Source: an uncultured Candidatus Binatia bacterium (GTDB taxonomy: Bacteria; Desulfobacterota; Binatia; UBA9968; JAJDTQ01). Taken from it: DNA of 64,000 nucleotides. This document shows, piece after piece, positions 62,120-64,000 of the stretch. The stretch's first letter is position 1; each line of letters starts with the position of its first letter. The stretch spans positions 96,001 to 160,000 of the forward strand of contig OZ243916.1 of the NCBI GenBank assembly GCA_965213675.1. Direction: 5' to 3'. Under the pieces are notes generated by a model. The model worked only from the letters and a program-made list of their open reading frames with translations. It searched no databases and was not told the DNA's origin. Both the position numbers and the translations under genes were made by a program.

Positions 62120-63115
62120 ATGCAGATGCAGTTCAGTCTTCACAGTCCCAACGGCGGCCTGAAGGAGGCGGCGCGGATCCGCGACCGTGTGGTGCGGGCG
62201 GAGCAACTCGGCTTTGAAGGGATTTACCTGGGCTGCAGCCAGCTCAGCACCCCGGAACCCTTTCAGATCCTGGCCATGTGCGCCGTGGCCACAAGCCGTC
62301 TGAAGCTCGGCACGGCCGTGACCAACATGGTCTACCAGGACCCCACCGTCCTGGCGGGCTCCGCCGCGACCTTGAGTGACATCTCCGACGGCCGCGCCGT
62401 CCTCGGCCTCGGCACCGGCGACGGCCCGGTGTACGCCATGGGCCGCAGGGCCACCCGGCTCAGGGAGTTCGAAGAAGGCATCCGCACCATCCGCAACGTG
62501 CTGCAAGGCGGCGAGTTGACCACTCCCAACAACCGTGTGCGCGTGAACTACCGCATGCTGCCGACGCCGGTCTACCTCTCCATGGAGGGACCCAAGGGCC
62601 TGCGCCTCGCGGGCCGGGTGGCCGACGGCGTGTTTCTCGGGAGCGGCGTGGAGCCTCGCGCGGTGGGGTGGGCGCTGGGGCGCATTGCCGAGGGCGCGGC
62701 CGAGGCCGGGCGCTCGCCCGACGAGATCGCCGCCCTGGCGTGCGGCATGGTGTGCATCAAGGACGACGGCGACGAGGCGCGCCAGATCGTGCGCCGCCGC
62801 CTCGCCAACCGCGCGCACCATAACTTCCAGTCCACCCTCCAGACCGTGCCCGAGGAAGAGATGGCGAGCATCCGGAAGTTCATGGCCGCCTTCGATCAGT
62901 CCAAGCCCATGGAAGAGCGCTCCGACCCGGCGCTCATCACCGACTATCTCGTGCGCCGCTTCGCCATCGCCGGCACCCCCACGGAGTGCATCGCGCGCCT
63001 CGAGGAGCTGTCGGACGCCGGGGTCAACCGCGTCATGCTCACCCCCGCCCGGCGCGTCTACGAGGAAACCGTGGAGGCCCTGGCCGAGAAGGTGATGCCC
63101 GCTTTCGGCGCGTAG
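62120..63115 (+). CDS. LLM-class oxidoreductase (Mer/F420-type-like)
   Basis: AEQLGF, LKLGTAVTN, SDGRAVLGLGTG, GPKGLRLAGRVADG, IAGTP. Confidence 0.9.
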   Translation: MQMQFSLHSPNGGLKEAARIRDRVVRAEQLGFEGIYLGCSQLSTPEPFQILAMCAVATSRLKLGTAVTNMVYQDPTVLAGSAATLSDISDGRAVLGLGTGDGPVYAMGRRATRLREFEEGIRTIRNVLQGGELTTPNNRVRVNYRMLPTPVYLSMEGPKGLRLAGRVADGVFLGSGVEPRAVGWALGRIAEGAAEAGRSPDEIAALACGMVCIKDDGDEARQIVRRRLANRAHHNFQSTLQTVPEEEMASIRKFMAAFDQSKPMEERSDPALITDYLVRRFAIAGTPTECIARLEELSDAGVNRVMLTPARRVYEETVEALAEKVMPAFGA

Positions 63116-63199
63116 CGCACGGCTTCCCGTCCCCCGGACGATCCGGCCCGGGTGCGGCCGGCTCGCGGCCAGGGAGTCGGCGGTTTTCTGCGTGGTGTC

Positions 63200-64000
63200 C
63201 TACAGATTCACCCGCGCCATGCCGTCGGGCGGGTAACGGTCGCCGGCGGCCGCGCCGGGCGGGAATGCCGCGTCGAGTGCGGCGAGGTCTTCCGCGCTGA
63301 GCGCGATGTCCGGAGCCTTGAGGTTCTCTTCCAGGTGGGAGCGCCGCTTGCAGCCGGGAATGGGGAAGACACGACTTCCCTGGGCCAGCACCCAGGCGAT
63401 GGCGATCTGCGCGGACGTCGCCCGGTGGATGCGGGCGACCCTGCGGATGGCCGCCACGCGCTCGCGGTTGGCCACGGCGTTGGCGTCCGCGAAACGCGGG
63501 AACTTGTGGCGCGTGTCGCCTTGTTCCAGCGCGTCCCGACCCGCCACCGTTCCGGCCAGAAAGCCGTAGCCCAAGGGCGCGTAGGCCATCAGGCCGAGGC
63601 CCAGTTCATCGCACGCTTCGAGATGGCCGCTTTCCACGTCACGGGTCCAGAGCGAGTACTCGTACTGCAGCGATACCAGTGGATGGACCGTCATGGCCCG
63701 ACGCAGCGTGCCGGGGGCGGCTTCCGACAGCCCGATGAAGCGCGTCTTGCCTTCTTCCACCAAGCGGGCCATGGCGCCCACGGACTCTTCGATGGGCACG
63801 GTGGGGTCCACACGGGACAGGCAGAATGCGTCCAACGCATCGATGCCGAGGTTCCTGAGGCTGGTCTCGCATATCTGCCGCAGCCGGTCCGGCGCGCCGC
63901 TGCCCTGCGCCACCGACGAGCCGTCATCGGCCCGGATGGTGCCGGTCTTCGAGTGGATGAATACCTTGTGGCGCTTGCCGTCCTTCAGCGCGCGGCCTAT
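63200..64000 (-). CDS. Aldo/keto reductase (5' end outside window)
   Basis: SLRNLGID, PIEESVGAM, IGLSE, QYEYSLW, YAPLG, PIPG, HLEEN; frame runs off window end. Confidence 0.93.
   Translation of the reverse strand: MGRALKDGKRHKVFIHSKTGTIRADDGSSVAQGSGAPDRLRQICETSLRNLGIDALDAFCLSRVDPTVPIEESVGAMARLVEEGKTRFIGLSEAAPGTLRRAMTVHPLVSLQYEYSLWTRDVESGHLEACDELGLGLMAYAPLGYGFLAGTVAGRDALEQGDTRHKFPRFADANAVANRERVAAIRRVARIHRATSAQIAIAWVLAQGSRVFPIPGCKRRSHLEENLKAPDIALSAEDLAALDAAFPPGAAAGDRYPPDGMARVNL

Overview
GC-rich bacterial chromosomal window. It starts in the 3' part of tyrS, followed by a complete rrn operon (16S-tRNA-Ile-tRNA-Ala-23S-5S) and moeA-ispF-acs. Next come an A1-type aa3 cytochrome c oxidase cluster with heme A/O synthases and two subunit III genes, many solute-uptake systems (two Fe(III)/AfuABC-type ABC, TAXI-TRAP, DctPQM), an ECF sigma/anti-sigma/Spy module, gap, a lytic transglycosylase and several orphan catabolic enzymes. 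Gene content suggests an aerobic 'Deltaproteobacteria'-type lineage such as Binatia; this is inference, not tested. Most notable: (1) a four-gene operon of a DUF692 multinuclear non-heme iron oxidase (MNIO), its DUF2063-like partner, a peptidase-less HlyB-type ABC exporter and an atypical SDR, with no canonical precursor in view, i.e. a candidate undescribed RiPP/protein-modification system; (2) a stripped soxYZEF + YeeE/YedE sulfur module in which SoxY ends GGC-TGA-TGA in frame with SoxZ; (3) several families of small inverted-repeat elements, one with a conserved core but co-varying arms, some supplying stop codons to genes; (4) a shared GGAAC-N7-CGTCTAA motif upstream of the ECF sigma and spy genes. 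All calls come from reading the sequence and motifs; no database searches were run.
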